Part shown: in pieces, positions 49,321 to 63,646 of the stretch
Layout: the number at the start of each line of letters is the position of its first letter
Numbering within the stretch: the first letter of the stretch is position 1
From: Octopus bimaculoides
Taxonomy: Eukaryota
DNA length: 64,000 bases
Reading direction: 5' to 3'
NCBI RefSeq assembly: GCF_001194135.2
Contig: NC_068993.1
Location: 55,635,781-55,699,780 of the forward strand
Notes under the pieces: model-generated
Told to the model about the DNA's origin: nothing
Seen by the model: the letters and a program-made list of their open reading frames with translations, nothing else
Databases searched by the model: none
Translations under genes and position numbers: made by a program

Positions 49321-50031
49321 TATTCTTTTCAGACACCTACACACTATGTATATACAATAAACATATAGACAAACACAACCATACAACATAAATGTTATCT
49401 GAATATATATATATATATATGTCTATATATACTGTAGAAATAAAGACACTGTGTTTACACAGTACATATGTACCACTTCCAGGAATGGTTTCAATTCATC
49501 CTGAAAATGAAGACTATGCAATACTCATCAACTCAATACAAATATATCTCTTCATTATATTATATCTACCATGTGTCCCCTCAAAACTTGTAAACACTTT
49601 ACCCAGTCCTTCTTCTCCAAACCTATCCCACCCACTGAATCACCTCCAACAATTACTGTGATTAAGATGACTAAACTTAGAGTATTGAGCCCTTAGACAG
49701 TATTTTGGTACCTGTGGGGGTACTTTTGCAGTTACCAAAGTAATTCGTTAGTGTCTTGGTCATGCAAACTAGTTTAAATATAAAATACAGCAAGTGGAGA
49801 AAAATACAAAGTGAAAAGTTCAATTCCAAACCACAGCTCTACTAATGCATGCAGATAAAGATTAGAAAACAGTAACGAAGAGAATGAGAAGACGAAGAAT
49901 AAGAAGAAGAAGAAGAAAAATAAGAAATGTATATATTTCAAAAGACAAGAGAAAATGGTGCAGAGTGAAGTGTGTAGAAATTGGAAAGTCTTTGAAGATA
50001 TATAAAAAAAAGAAAAAAAAACCTGACTAAC

Positions 50032-50152
50032 CGGAAACTGTGTCTGATACTGCACCACCAGGTGGAGCCAGAGGTGGTGTTTCCTGAATCTGTTTCCAGG
50101 AACTTGACTGTTGAGATGTTGGTACCAGAAATCGACTGTAAGAAACATCTTG
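50032..50152 (-). CDS. CABLES1: CABLES exon
   Basis: QDVSYSRFLVPTSQQSSSWKQIQETPPLAPPGGAVSDTVS, compared with human KTVSYTQFLLPT. ttattgcag acceptor, G|gttagt donor. Confidence 0.88.
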
Positions 50153-51560
50153 CTGCAATAACACATGGTGATAAAAAAAGAAAAGAAAATATGATGAGAT
50201 TATGAATTATTATGATTAGCTTTGCATGGGAGAGAGGGAGAATTAAAATCTTTATCACTCTTATTTTATTTAGTGTTTCTCATTAATTTTATCCAGGGTT
50301 AGTCTGAAATGGATGAAATAGCTGAGATAAAACTGAAAGCAATACTAATATTTGATGATATTTTATCATCACAATAAGTAAGTAAATATAATAAAATTTT
50401 TTAAAAATTCAGAAGAATTTGAAGGTCAGAGGTCAGCTGTTCAGTATTCATCATAACAAGAAGGGACCATCAGCTTATTCACACAACCTATTAAAGATAA
50501 CAATATCACCCTCAAAATCACACCCTATTGTCTTAGAAGAGGATGGTCACATTGAATAATGTAGATCTAAATATGCTGTCAATGGAATAAAGACAGGTTG
50601 GTTACAGGTGAAATGTATTTGATTTGATTGATCTGGGATTAAACATCCATAATTTATGTTGAAAAATGCAGTTTTATTTATGTTTTTTATTTCTTAGAAC
50701 TGTTGAACCATGTTAGAATTGCCTACAGAATTTGGTCGCCTATGAAACAAGTAAAAGAAGATAAAAGAATTTGATTGTCTGCCTGTAGGTCAACTGAGGT
50801 CTCAGTTATTTCCCTTACTCTCAGTCTCAAACTACCAGTTATAGGTGGGTGTGTATGAAGGCATTGTTAAGACGTTCACGGTGCTATCTTGAGGTCTTGC
50901 AATTAGATTACACCACACAACACGTTAGACAAGTTGTTCTCTACCATCGTTTTAAGTCGATCAAAGTCTTGTGTAGACAGAAGCCACGAGGAAGCTTGTT
51001 GAATGAAGTGCACTTTGTTGTGATTGCCCTAATAGAAGTTCAATATCATGGTTCAAGTTGAATGGTTTCGGTTGGAATTGACTTCAAATTTGAAACTCCT
51101 GGGGAGAACTTGGGCATGAATGAGGACTGTGTCTTGGTAGAGTAATTTGTATTCTAACTGAGGATTATGTGATTATGTTACATATGCAAGTGTATATGTA
51201 ACATATACTAAGTTATATATTCTATAATACAAGGAGCAGATAATTACATTTGTTTAGTTTGTGTGTGTGTGCGCGCGCATGAATAAATATAAGATCCAAG
51301 AATCGAGGTGTAGGGAGAATTCTATGTGAAGATTACATTAAGAGTAACAAGTGATTTTGTATAACTCATACACATAGATTATGACACAATGATTAGACGC
51401 TTACAAAATCTTTTCTATAATAATATGGACAATCATTACAGGCACAAATTGAGGCTGATCTCAACATGTCCAATCATCTTCTCACTTATCTCCTTAGACA
51501 ACCTATCCACAGCATTCTATTATTTCTTTCAGCTGGTTCCAGAACAATGTTGACGCTTAC

Positions 51561-51681
51561 CTGGCCTTCAACCTTCTCAATAGCTTCAATTGCAAGGTTT
51601 GCCAGACCATCATAGGTACAAGTTGATGTCCTTTGACCAGAATGTTGACGTAAACGAGTCTCTTCCTGATGGATCTCTAAT
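51561..51681 (-). CDS. CABLES1: CABLES exon
   Basis: (K)LEIHQEETRLRQHSGQRTSTCTYDGLANLAIEAIEKVEGQ. ttttgcag/gtaagc flanks, phases consistent. Confidence 0.85.
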
Positions 51682-51750
51682 CTGCAAAATGATGACAAAA
51701 GTAATGAGAAAAGGGGGCAGATTTATTAAATATGTATACATATCTTCATG

Positions 51751-51786
<36 letters not shown>

Positions 51787-52075
51787 AACTGCATATGACT
51801 GGTCTATAGCTTGCATCAATTTGTCTAGAAACACCAGTAGATTCTAATAAGTTTCTATCTCCTCATCATACACATCACATTCACATACACACATGAATGG
51901 ATGTTTGAGATTGTATGTGTATGTATGTATATGTGTGTGTGTATTTGTAAGTACATAAGCAGTTACAACATCAATAATAATATACTTTTTTATAACAACA
52001 AAAACCAATTACAACAACAATTTGTAAAAAGGGAATCAAAGAACATTTGTAAAAATTATTTATGTAACAACTTAC

Positions 52076-52159
52076 TTGGAGCCGTGTTGTGTAGATTTGT
52101 GGTAGGGAATTACAGAAAAAATGGCTAAAGGAACTTTTGTTTGACTCACAAGTAACACT
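52076..52159 (-). CDS. CABLES1: CABLES exon
   Basis: (R)VLLVSQTKVPLAIFSVIPYHKSTQHGS, compared with human RIVLISGRRSFCSIFSVLPYRDSTQVG. Confidence 0.92.
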
Positions 52160-53326
52160 CTACAATGAAAATTAAACATTATTAGTTTTTTTCATAGGGT
52201 CAATGGACAATAACAAAGTAAATGGTTTTGTTAAAAGTAATTTAAGACTGAAATGAAGGTTACAAGTTCAATCTCTACCATCAATAAGAAACTTATATAA
52301 CACACACACATACCATCACCATTTAATGTCTGCTTTCCATGCTGGCATGAGTTGGATGGTTTGATAGGAGTTGGTAAGGCTGCCCCCCCCCCCAGCCCCA
52401 ACAGCTCCAGTCGTCTGTTTTGGCATGGTTTGTATGGCTGGTTGTCCTTCCTAATGCCAGCCACTTTACAGAGTGGACTGGGTGCTTTTTATGCGACACC
52501 AGCATCAGTAATCTCTCTCTCTCTCTCTCTNNNNNNNNNNNNNNNNNNNNNNNNNNNNNNNNNNNNNNNNNNNNNNNNNNNNNNNNNNNNNNNNNNNNNN
52601 NNNNNNNNNNNNNNNNNNNNNNNNNNNNNNNNNNNNNNNNNNNNNNNNNNNNNNNNNNNNNNNNNNNNNNNNNNNNNNNNNNNNNNNNNNNNNNNNNNNN
52701 NNNNNNNNNNNNNNNNNNNNNNNNNNNNNNNNNNNNNNNNNNNNNNNNNNNNNNNNNNNNNNNNNNNNNNNNNNNNNNNNNNNNNNNNNNNNNNNNNNNN
52801 NNNNNNNNNNNNNNNNNNNNNNNNNNNNNNNNNNNNNNNNNNNNNNNNNNNNNNNNNNNNNNNNNNNNNNNNNNNNNNNNNNNNNNNNNNNNNNNNNNNN
52901 NNNNNNNNNNNNNNNNNNNNNNNNNNNNNNNNNNNNNNNNNNNNNNNNNNNNNNNNNNNNNNNNNNNNNNNNNNNNNNNNNNNNNNNNNNNNNNNNNNNN
53001 NNNNNNNNNNNNNNNNNNNNNNNNNNNNNNNNNNNNNNNNNNNNNNNNNNNNNNNNNNNNNNNNNNNNNNNNNNNNNNNNNNNNNNNNNNNNNNNNNNNN
53101 NNNNNNNNNNNNNNNNNNNNNNNNNNNNNNNNNNNNNNNNNNNNNNNNNNNNNNNNNNNNNNNNNNNNNNNNNNNNNNNNNNNNNNNNNNNNNNNNNNNN
53201 NNNNNNNNNNNNNNNNNNNNNNNNNNNNNNNNNNNNNNNNNNNNNNNNNNNNNNNNNNNNNNNNNNNNNNNNNNNNNNNNNNNNNNNNNNNNNNNNNNNN
53301 NNNNNNNNNNNNNNNNNNNNNNNNNN

Positions 53327-53363
<37 letters not shown>

Positions 53364-53909
53364 TATATATATATATATATATATATAGATAGATATATAC
53401 ATACTGTGGGAAGAAGAGAATCCTAATGAATAAAAAACATGGAGAAATATTTTTCTCTCTTAGACTAAGAGTTTACCTGAAAGATAAGGATTCTCTTTCC
53501 CCCTGTGCGATATATGCACCTGTCCCAATTTACTCACTTCACAACACAAACACATTTTTGACTGGCCCCATTGGAGTGACGCATAACCATTCCTAAAACA
53601 ACATTGACAAATGCTCTATAAAAGATGAATACAGGCATGTTCGAGAAAATAGCAAACTGGGATCTCTAAGCATTATTATTGCATTCTCACAGCATTTGTT
53701 AACTCTGAATATCCTTGCCAATCTTGAATATCTTTGCTAACCCTAAATGTTTCTTGCACGTTTTTCATTTAACACTCTTTGTAACTTTCAACACTTCTAT
53801 GAATTTTTCTCAAAGATGCACTTAAATTCTTGTTCTAAGAAAGAAAACTCCTGATGCATTTCTGAAACCATTAATAATAATAATAATGAGATAATAAAAT
53901 GTGACAAAC

Positions 53910-54030
53910 CTCTCATCTTTAATTATTCTCTTTTTATGTGGAGTAATGAAGTGTATTTCACCAGATTCTTTCACAACCCCTTCACTGGAGCTACTGGACA
54001 GGGAGTATGACTGTCGAGAAGCTCTTTCAG
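53910..54030 (-). CDS. CABLES1: CABLES exon
   Basis: (A)ERASRQSYSLSSSSSEGVVKESGEIHFITPHKKRIIKDE, compared with human KKIHFIKNMRQHDTRNGR. Confidence 0.85.
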
Positions 54031-54519
54031 CTGACACAACAAACACAACAAAATCATCATGATCATCATCGTCATTATTATCACCATCATCATCATCATC
54101 ATAATTAACTACAACAACAACAACATTACCCAATTATTCAATCATTTCAGAAATCCACAGAACCATGAAATCTCTCCTTCCAACCCAATTCAGAATACCA
54201 CAAAAACTCTCTCAAGCATATCCATCACCTGTAGATGTCCTGGTTTGCCATTCTGATTACACTGGTCTCACTAATCTACAAGATTACTGAAAGATCATGG
54301 CTACTGTCCATGTTCCTCTTATGAAAATGGCATTTTAAGTAGGGTGAGATGGCAGGTGAAACCAGGTTGTGGCTATTACTCCCAGGGAGTCTAACATTGG
54401 TGGCATGTTTATCTTCTTTATCTATTTGTGGGGAATGCTATACTGTCACACCTCTCAAGGCTAGGTGGACTGTTCCTTTTTGTGGAACCTACTTAGATCT
54501 AAGTAGACTGGGCTGTTGA

Positions 54520-55160
54520 TATGATCTTGGCCAGGAACAGTACAGTGAACTATACCACTTAGTGGTACCTACACACAGCAAGGTCAATGAACTGTTGATA
54601 GTATCATGGTTATGATCACAGTTCAGTGAACCATACTACACTGTTGTACCTACTTGCAGCAAAGCAGACTGCTGATAGTTAAGTATCTTGGTCACGGACA
54701 CTGTAGAGTGAACTATTCTGTCGTGTGGTACAAATGGGTGACTGATCAATTTGTAATTAAATATCTTGATCAAAGACATAGTACAGTTGACTTGGTCATG
54801 GATAAAATACAGTGAACTGCACCACTTAGTGGTATCTATGTACAGCTAGGTAGACTGCAGGTTGAACATCTAAGTGTGCTGAGTACAGTTGTCTTGGTTA
54901 TGAACACAATACCGTTGACTACATCACACTGTGGCACCTAACAAACTGGACTGTTGTTATTTAAATGTCATGGTCATGGACACAATATAGTGAACTGCAC
55001 CGTATTGAGGTATCTATTTACAACAAGGTGGACTGGTCATTTGATGGCTCATTGTCATGTTCATAGACACAGTACAGAGAATTATATCACTCAGTGCTAC
55101 CCTCATGCAGGTAGATATACTGGGCAGTGTCTTTGTAATGGACACAGCAGGAATGCGAAC
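54520..55160. repeat. Degenerate minisatellite, about 75-100 bp period, about 9 units
   Basis: Recurrent core TCTTGGTCATGGACACAGTACAGTGAACT-RYACCACTYAGTGGTAYCTA. Confidence 0.8.
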
Positions 55161-55441
55161 ATCTGAACCAGTAGCACATCAGTTAGTTGTGTGATACCCT
55201 AACAATTTCTTGAAGAAGCATCAATGAGGCAGCAACAATGAGATGAAGCAACAACAGTCAAAGAAGGACTGGTTACAAGCTAGAATTGAGTTAAAACCAT
55301 ATTATAGCTGTATGGGAAGAGAGCAAGAGTAGGACTCGAGTTGAAAATAATTTGTGAAAAAAAACAAAAGAGTTAGATTAGATGAGGAAACAATCAACAT
55401 AAGAAATACAATGATTCAAGATTAAGACAGTTGGAAGTATA

Positions 55442-55518
<77 letters not shown>

Positions 55519-55716
55519 TCATTCAACACATCTCAGAGTGGGAAGACAATTCTATGAACCATGGGCTGTATCCTAATCTTTTTCTCTTTATTGTCAAACA
55601 TATAAGTCAAACATTCTAAAGACAATTATTTCTGCTAAAATCTTCAAGGATGCTTCTCAGCAAAAAAAGTTGGAATTATAAGATTTTCTCTGTGTGTTTT
55701 ATCAAAGCATTCTTAC

Positions 55717-55838
55717 CAAATCTCTCTATACTCTCTTTGATACCCTTCATACTAGGAATGGCAGCTGTGGCTTCGGTAGTAAAAGATAGAATCTTCCTCT
55801 TCAACAACTTCTCTGAATCTCCAGAATAAGAACTGGCT
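55717..55838 (-). CDS. CABLES1: Most upstream CABLES exon found (internal; start codon not located)
   Basis: ttttctatatag acceptor, (R)ASSYSGDSEKLLKRKILSFTTEATAAIPSMKGIKESIERF, donor G|gtaaga in phase with the next exon. No motif support. Confidence 0.7.
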
Positions 55839-58732
55839 CTATATAGAAAATGGAGAGAGCACAAATACAGGTAGTACAATTAATATAAAAATATAATTAC
55901 CAGTATTTAGAAAGTGACAGGTAAATTGAAATGCATATGGAAAAACAGAGATAGATATCATAAACATATAGAGAACAGGAAGGTATTTTGCAAAGGATCC
56001 AATCTTAAATAAGAAATTCTGATCCCATTTTGAGATATAAGACTTACAAGACATATCTATAATACAGTCTAAGAGTGGGTCCAAATGGACAATAGTCTTT
56101 TTTTTTTTTACATTTCTACAACATTTGAATTCTCTAGCTTTCCACAGTAGAAACTTTAACGATCTGAGATGATGAATTCTTAACTTGAATTTGTTTATAA
56201 ATGTGTGAATGTATGTCTATTTCAGGGTATATAGGAATTTTATGTACAAATATGCATGTACAGTGAATGCTACTTGAGTGTATGCCTGTAGGTGTCCATA
56301 TTTACATTCATGTACAGGTACACATGTGTATGCACATGTATGTGAATGAGAGTGTGTGTTTATGAGTAAATTGCACATGTTTAAAAATAGATCTCTGAAA
56401 ATATATCATTCATAAATTGCATTAATCTACAAACTTTTTCAATTCATTATAATCAATTATTATTAATTTCATTAGGTATCCATTTATTGTAAATTATTCA
56501 TTCAGTGATCCACTTATTTATCTATAATTACATATTGATCATACTAGTAAGCATGTGTACCTGTTTTTAAATATCAATTATAAAGCAGTTTTGTGAATGT
56601 GTGCTTTACTTAACAAGAAATGACATTGTTTTATTACAGTGTCTACCTCTAATTCTTTGATGTTGTATTTCATGGAGAAAATATTTTGCCTGTAATAAAT
56701 CAAATTCATTCTAAATGCTGGAATCACAAAAAAATATCCTGAAATAATTCAAATGCACTTACAGATTCAAAAATATTCAATTTCAGACAAGCTACTGAAT
56801 TAGCAAAAGCAAAATTTCTTTACTAAAACATTAAACCTGTAAAATACAATTTGCTCAACAGCTATCCTTAAATTGTAAAATCTTCTTTGGATATCTGGTC
56901 TCCTTGATCTTTGCTAGCACTGAGGCCAGTGGTTATTTTTCCTAATGCTCACTGCAATGTAGAAGCCTTTGTGTTATGAAGCTGAAGTGAGGTTTTGAGG
57001 ATTGAACAATGCATTCAGTATAAAGCACTACATCAGATGGATGGAAGGCCCATTCAAGGAAAGTATACACAACTATACTGCATCATTCAGAAACTTTGAA
57101 AAGTAGATTGAGAGAAGGCCACAGGCTATGATATGAAATGGGAGTTATTGGAGAAATGCAAGTCACCCTCTTATGGCAGCAAAAGATGCAGATTCTGTTT
57201 AGCAGAAAAGAGATGAATACTTCAGAGCTGTCTCATGACAGGAATGTACCTTTATGCCAAATCATATACATTTAAATCTTGTTTACATAAGCATTTTAGA
57301 ATACTTGTTCAAACTGCCTTGGAGGAGTAAAACCTTTAATGCTCCCTCTTTCCATTGTTCCTTGCAGTCAGCACTCCATTCTTTTATTCCTTTTTTCCTA
57401 TGCCCCTCACTCTCTCTCCCTACACTTATAATATTCTGAGCTTTTTGAACTAGATTTCCAAACCGACCTTTATTGTAGTAAGGGGAATAACTCTTCTATT
57501 CTTGATCATAAATTACCACAGAGCATTTAGCTCTTAATGATGACTTCAAATTTTGACACAAGGCCAGTTAATTTTAAGGGCGAGTTAGTTGATTACATCA
57601 ACTCCAGCTCTTGGCCAGTACTTATTTCATCAAACCTAAAAGAACGAAAGGCAGCATTTAGACTGAGAACATAAAAAGCCAGAAGAAATGCTGCTAGGCA
57701 TTAAGCCTAACATGCTAACCGTTCTGTCAGCGCACCTAATAATGAGAAAATTTTCTTGATAAGCATTATTTTTTACTTCTCTGAAAGGCTTTGCACACAA
57801 GTCTTCTGTAACAGCAGCCATTTTCAGCAGTATCCATATTAGACCCATAAATTGTCCGTTTGATGAATGTCAGACATCACTTTTACATGAAACTTGGAGT
57901 CACGGACATTGTTAGAAAGATTGTTATTAAATTATATATGCTTGTGTATATAGACACAAATACATATCTCTGCCTTTTGTTCATCATAATCTTGCTCCTT
58001 AAATCTACCCATTCTGGTTCTTTTGATGCCATTGCTTTTTCTCACTTTCAGAAACCGATTTCTGGTCCCATTGTTTTCTTTACTGTTCACATTATAAAGT
58101 GGTTGTTTGTATGAACAGAGAAAGTGTAGCATTATGAGAAAAGGTAACCAGTACACGCAGTAAAGTGGTTGACATCAGAAAGGGCATCTAATTGTAGAAA
58201 CTGAGCCAAATGACGTGTATGAGTATCTGGGCTTTGAGCACGATAACTCCCAATGGAAAAGTGACTCAGACTGCTATGGCTCCTCCCACAATGGAGAGTG
58301 GACATGAAACAATAAGGATGACACACACAAATGTGTGTGTGTGCATGCGTCTGTGTGTATACACATTCTTTTCCAGGTGATATTGACCTTACAGATTGCC
58401 AGCTGTTTCAATGTACTGCCACAATATCTTCACTGTAGGAGATCAGACGAGACCCTCAAGTCATTGTGGCAACATGATGAAACAGTTGGTGTTTCCTTGT
58501 TCTGATGTCTCTAACCTAATTCTTACTAAATGCTAGGATAAAAATTAACATTTTACATAAATCTTCCTATAGCAGATTTTTTTTTTCTTTTTCTTATGGA
58601 TTATTGCCATTTCAAGGAGATTTTCAGTAGACAAGGTATGGCACACACGTCATGTTGAATATAAAAATACCACTCTAGAGCATGTACAACATTTGTTGAG
58701 ATCTTATGATTGAAAGATCTGTATCATAGTCC

Positions 58733-58764
<32 letters not shown>

Positions 58765-59099
58765 GCACACACGGATACACACATACATCTGTGTGTATGT
58801 GTGTGNNNNNNNNNNNNNNNNNNNNNNNNNNNNNNNNNNNNNNNNNNNNNNNNNNNNNNNNNNNNNNNNNNNNNNNNNNNNNNNNNNNNNNNNNNNNNNN
58901 NNNNNNNNNNNNNNNNNNNNNATAATATATGTAATATATATATACATACACACACACACACACAGATACATATGCATCTATGTGTGTGTGCATACACACA
59001 CACATGCATCTGTGTGTGTATGTGTATATATATAATTGAAGGCAGCAGAGTTATAGTGTGCAGCAGAATAATTTAATCTTTGACTTGTCATAGATAACA

Positions 59100-61800
59100 T
59101 GACAACAAACAGTGATCTTCACATAAACAGGGCAATCACAGGTGACAGATGACTAAAAGGCTATTTCTATGGGGTCCTCCTGGGGCCAACCGCCACAACA
59201 GCTGATACTGACCTCATTACCACCGAGACGATGCTTAAGGTATGTGGCTTGAAGAGAAACTAAAGGACTTTTGAAGTTTTGTGTTCCTCAATAACCCAAG
59301 CCTTTGTAACAACTACTTCAGGAAACCAGGCAACCACTTGATTATCCACTATTCAGATGAGCACAAATATGAGGCCCATATAGAATTCATACTTACTAGG
59401 AAGCAGAATAGAGAGATTGTTGTAAATAGTAAATTTTCTTTAGATGGTGATTAGTGACATTTGAGTAAGAGCTAGATGGACCTTGAGACCCATCACACGT
59501 TAGAGAAAGAAGGTATAGTAACCGAAAGGTCTCTCAGACATGCATAGATTCATTAGGAGAAGAGTGAGAGTGAGACCTCTAACATACAGGAAAATAGGGA
59601 GTTTCTATAAGAAAACTTGCTATAAACAACAGACCAGGTCTGTAAATAAATCAAAGCATCTGCCAAATAATATTGTCTGATAAACAGATGAAGGCATAAA
59701 GAGCGAGAAACATTCTTGGAAAGAATAGCAGAAAGTGGATAGCAAGGAACAATATCAGGTTACAAGAAGAAAAGATAGACACCGAGTATACTTTGCGAGG
59801 AGAGAAACAGAAAGTAAGAGCTTTGTCAATGTTTTAGGATATGAAGACTGTAAAGCAATGTGTCATTGTGAATCAGAAAGCCGTTGGTGGATAAAAGCTC
59901 CATAATTATAGTGGTGCAATCACCTTCACTGATGCTAAAATAAAAAGAAAGCATGGGAATGCTACTAGAAGAGGTTACTGAATGAGGAGAATGCATGGGA
60001 AAGAGAGGGCCTTTGTTAACCAAAAAGAGGAACCAGCAATTGAAATTGATCCCTAAATATATAGTTGAACTTAGACGTTAAAGATAGAGAAAGCCATCAT
60101 GGCTAGACACAGAGATATTGAAAATATCTATAACATATAAGATAAAGATCCTACTTGAGTCATATAGATTCACAGGACTGGTTTCCCAGTTTCTGTGGTG
60201 TATATATTTTTTGCACCTTGATGGGATGCCAGTTTATTGCAGGAAATACTCATTTTTGTCAGCTGAATAGACTGGAGCAATGTGAAATGAAATGTTTTAT
60301 CGGCTGATCCAAGAATTGAAACCACAATCTTATGATCAGGAGTCCAACACCCTAACCATTAAGTCATGCACCTCCACATTGAAAATATCTAATGAAGACT
60401 TGTGCTGTTCATTTGCATAGATGGTAAATCAGTACAGGAAGGAGTGACTCCTAATCACAAACATAACAATATCATCAACAGCTATAAGGGTAAAGTTTAA
60501 ATATTAGGAAGAAGTAAGTACAGAAGTACCAAACTAATTAGGAAGAAAAATTAACTTAGATGAAATGCAGATCAGATTTATGCCAGGGTGGTGTGCCACT
60601 GTTGCTCTTTTCCTAGTGAGACAACAAGAGAAAGTTCAAAATAAATAGTGAGACAAACTTAGCATACTTAGAGAAGACACTTCATAGAGTATCACATCGT
60701 CTTCTAGTGGCTGCTAAGGAAACTGGCTGAAGATGAATGACCTATGAGGGCTATTCAAACCATGTACAGGTATACTGTGATGTATTCAGTGAAGAATGTA
60801 TCATGCAAGCAGGTGGCCATCATGTTGCTATTCTCAGACCACTTTTGTTTATTAGAGTTCTCCAGGCCATAACAGAAGAATGTAAGACCAGTTGTCTATG
60901 AGAACCTCTGTATGCTGATGACCTAGTTTTCACAGTTATAAATCTGCCCAAAAATTGAAGAACAAATTTCATATTCAGAAGGAAAGCCTAGAAATGAAAG
61001 CTCTTAAAGTAAAGCTAGTAGAAGAAGGAAAAAAAAAGTTTTAGTTAGCAAGAAAACACAACAAATGATTCTACAGCCATCTTGGAAACGACCATGCTCA
61101 ATATGACAAAAAGATGAAGGCAGTAATTTCATATAATGAACTAAAATTAAACAGCAAAATGTAGAAGAGATGCACTGGGATTATAGGTAGACTGATGAAG
61201 ACAGATTTCCTATACAGCACATGCTTAGGAGTAACCATAAACTAAATGTTTTTTTGATTGCTCAGAGTACTCTAAAGATGTAGTTAATTGCTTCTGTTAC
61301 CTAGATGACATAATTAGAAGCTGAGACAGGTATACCGAAAGTACAGTAGTCAAAATAAAAACAAGGAAAAAAAGTTCAGGGCAGACTGAATGATGCTTAG
61401 CAGATACAAAAAGAATAGTTAACAATAAGTGTACTCATAAATTAAATTTTTTGAAAGCTTACAGTGTTCTGTACTAAAATAGTTAATAGCGTCTGTTATC
61501 TAGATGACTTAATTACTGTTATCGAGATAACATAATTACTCTAGACACAGAAAACATAGTGGTTAGAATAAGAGCAAGGAGAAAAAGTTTAATTTATGAG
61601 TACACTTATTGTTAATTATTCTTTTTTGTACCTGCTAAGCATCATTCAGGCAACAAGAGTGAAGGACAGATTGTAAGATGATTATGTATGGACTACAATA
61701 CTGTATGGTTGTGAAACAGGGACACTGACTTCTAAGGATGAGTGAAAGTTGGAAAGAAACGAAGTTATTATGTGAAACTGGATGTGTAATGATAGCGATG
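59100..61800 (+). mobile_element. Old, heavily decayed RTE LINE (endonuclease through RT)
   Basis: Remnant motifs DEMQIRFMPG (about 60560), LYADDL (about 60907), FCYLDD (about 61293) and LYGCET (about 61700), broken by many stops. Confidence 0.75.
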
Positions 61801-63041
61801 CATGAATGATTGTGCACAAATCATCCAATCATCATCATCGTTTAACGTCCGCTTTCCATGCTAGCATGGGTTGGACGATTTGACTGAAGACTGGTGAAAC
61901 CAGATGGCGACACCAGGCTCCAATCTGATTTGGCAGAGTTTCTACAGCTGGATGCCCTTCCTAACGCCAACCACCCAGAGAGTGTAGTGGGTGCTTTTAC
62001 GTGTAGAGAGTAAGAGAGAAGAATGAGCAGATGGCAAAGAATAAGAAGTGGTGAAAGCCATTCCAAGGAGTTGTACCTCAGAAAGGAGATGACCAAAAAA
62101 AAAAAAAATACAACCAGGGGCAAGAAGCTGTGCTGGGAAAGATTTATTCGATCATTCAAGTATGGAAAAATGATGATGCACACATGTAGCACCATGTAGT
62201 ACTGGGTTTGAATTATTGAGTGGCACCTGGGGCATGTGTCTTCCATTGTAGTTTAGGCTGACCAGTGCCTTGTAGTCCAGTACAAAATTCAGTCCTTGTT
62301 GCAATTGTGGCAGCTTGTGTGCCTCAATGACCCTGAGAACTTTGCCAGTGGAGCTAAGGCCCCTTGTAAAACTGCCCAAGCTGGATAGGTCAAAGGGAAG
62401 AGGTCAGACTAATATAGACCATCCCAGAGATAAGGAGTTTGCAAAGGGCCAAAACCACTACTTATACAAAATTAAAAAAAAGTCACAGAAACATGATGCA
62501 GTACAGCAAAATCTGAAAGGAAGATGCAAGGAAAAAAAAACAAAAAACAAGGATCCGACTAGAGAGAAGCAGAAAAAACAGACTAAGCCGAGAACAAAGT
62601 AGAAAAGTTATTGACTCCAATAGGAAGTGAAAAGCTTAAGTAACAGCTTGAAGTCTTAGGTATAACATATGTGAATAAAAATAAAATGAAAGATTGCAGC
62701 AAGAATATCTATGATTAAAGGGTAATTGTCCTTCAAATCACACCATTTGGTCTTAAAATAAAGGAAGAAATATTGTACAATGTAGTTCCTGATATAAGAA
62801 AAGATGAGGCAGTCATGGATGGGAAACCTTTCATCATAGGTTTGCACAACCTGGGTTGACCTAGGGCTAAACAACAACAGTTGCTTGGATGGAAACAGTA
62901 AACTGTTGGGAAAAATATCCCCCCACCCTCTGGGCGGTTCATAAAATAAATACCAGACATATATTGGTATATAGGTAAAACTGATCCCACCTCCTTCCAA
63001 CTCAAACTTTCTACCAAATCTAAGAGTCATAACATTATCAT

Positions 63042-63046
<5 letters not shown>

Positions 63047-63116
<70 letters not shown>

Positions 63117-63126
63117 AGAGAGAGAG
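63047..63126. repeat. (GA)n microsatellite
   Basis: Direct inspection. Confidence 0.95.
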
Positions 63127-63646
63127 TAGTGCATGCCATCAAAGTGATACTGGGGTACAAATATACAAAGCCCAATATACTCATTATGACAATCCATTTG
63201 ACAAGAGTACACCAGGACACATGCATTACAACCATATGTGCACTTATATCAAGATAAACAGCACATGACCTTGCAGGTGGGGCCCAGTGAGAATTTTCTT
63301 CAGGTTGAGTAGCCCATCCCCACTCAAAAGAATGACAAACAAAACACCCATGTTTCTAGAGATGAATTATTCAAGCTCCAAAGAATTCCTCTCAACACAT
63401 AGCTACGATGCGCCCTCACTACTCTTGCTCACGATCAGATGTGCACATATCATCAACCACCAAAGGAAATGATCAACTGGTTTAAGGTCAAGCAACTGAC
63501 AAGCAAATCTGTGGTATTGAGCAGAATATCTGCTTCAGTTCATCTTTTACCAACAAAACAAAACATGTACATGATAACACTTCCAATCAGCCAAGATCAG
63601 AAGCCATGAGAGCCTGGTACTGCATTAGGGTAATTATCATTATCAT

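Noticed and set aside
50032-54030. Three CABLES exons of exactly 121 nt
   Set aside because: They differ in phase and share no sequence similarity. Coincidence near the modal exon size.
54520-55160. CRISPR array
   Set aside because: Eukaryotic intron, degenerate repeats, related linkers and no cas genes. Treated as a minisatellite.
4735-57735. Orientation bias of family A SINEs (about 13 clear copies with the head on minus)
   Set aside because: Several degenerate opposite-orientation pieces exist (about 15450, 16200, 16820, 20770 and 62900), and clustered copies are not independent.
57720-58140. Possible upstream CABLES exon(s) (ORFs 57636-57848 and 57932-58156)
   Set aside because: No phase-2 donor to join the 55838 exon, stops in all frames, and no AALSFLSNISLDG-like N-terminal motif.
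62315-62602. 95-aa lysine-rich ORF
   Set aside because: Low-complexity A-rich sequence next to SINE remnants, with no splice or homology support.
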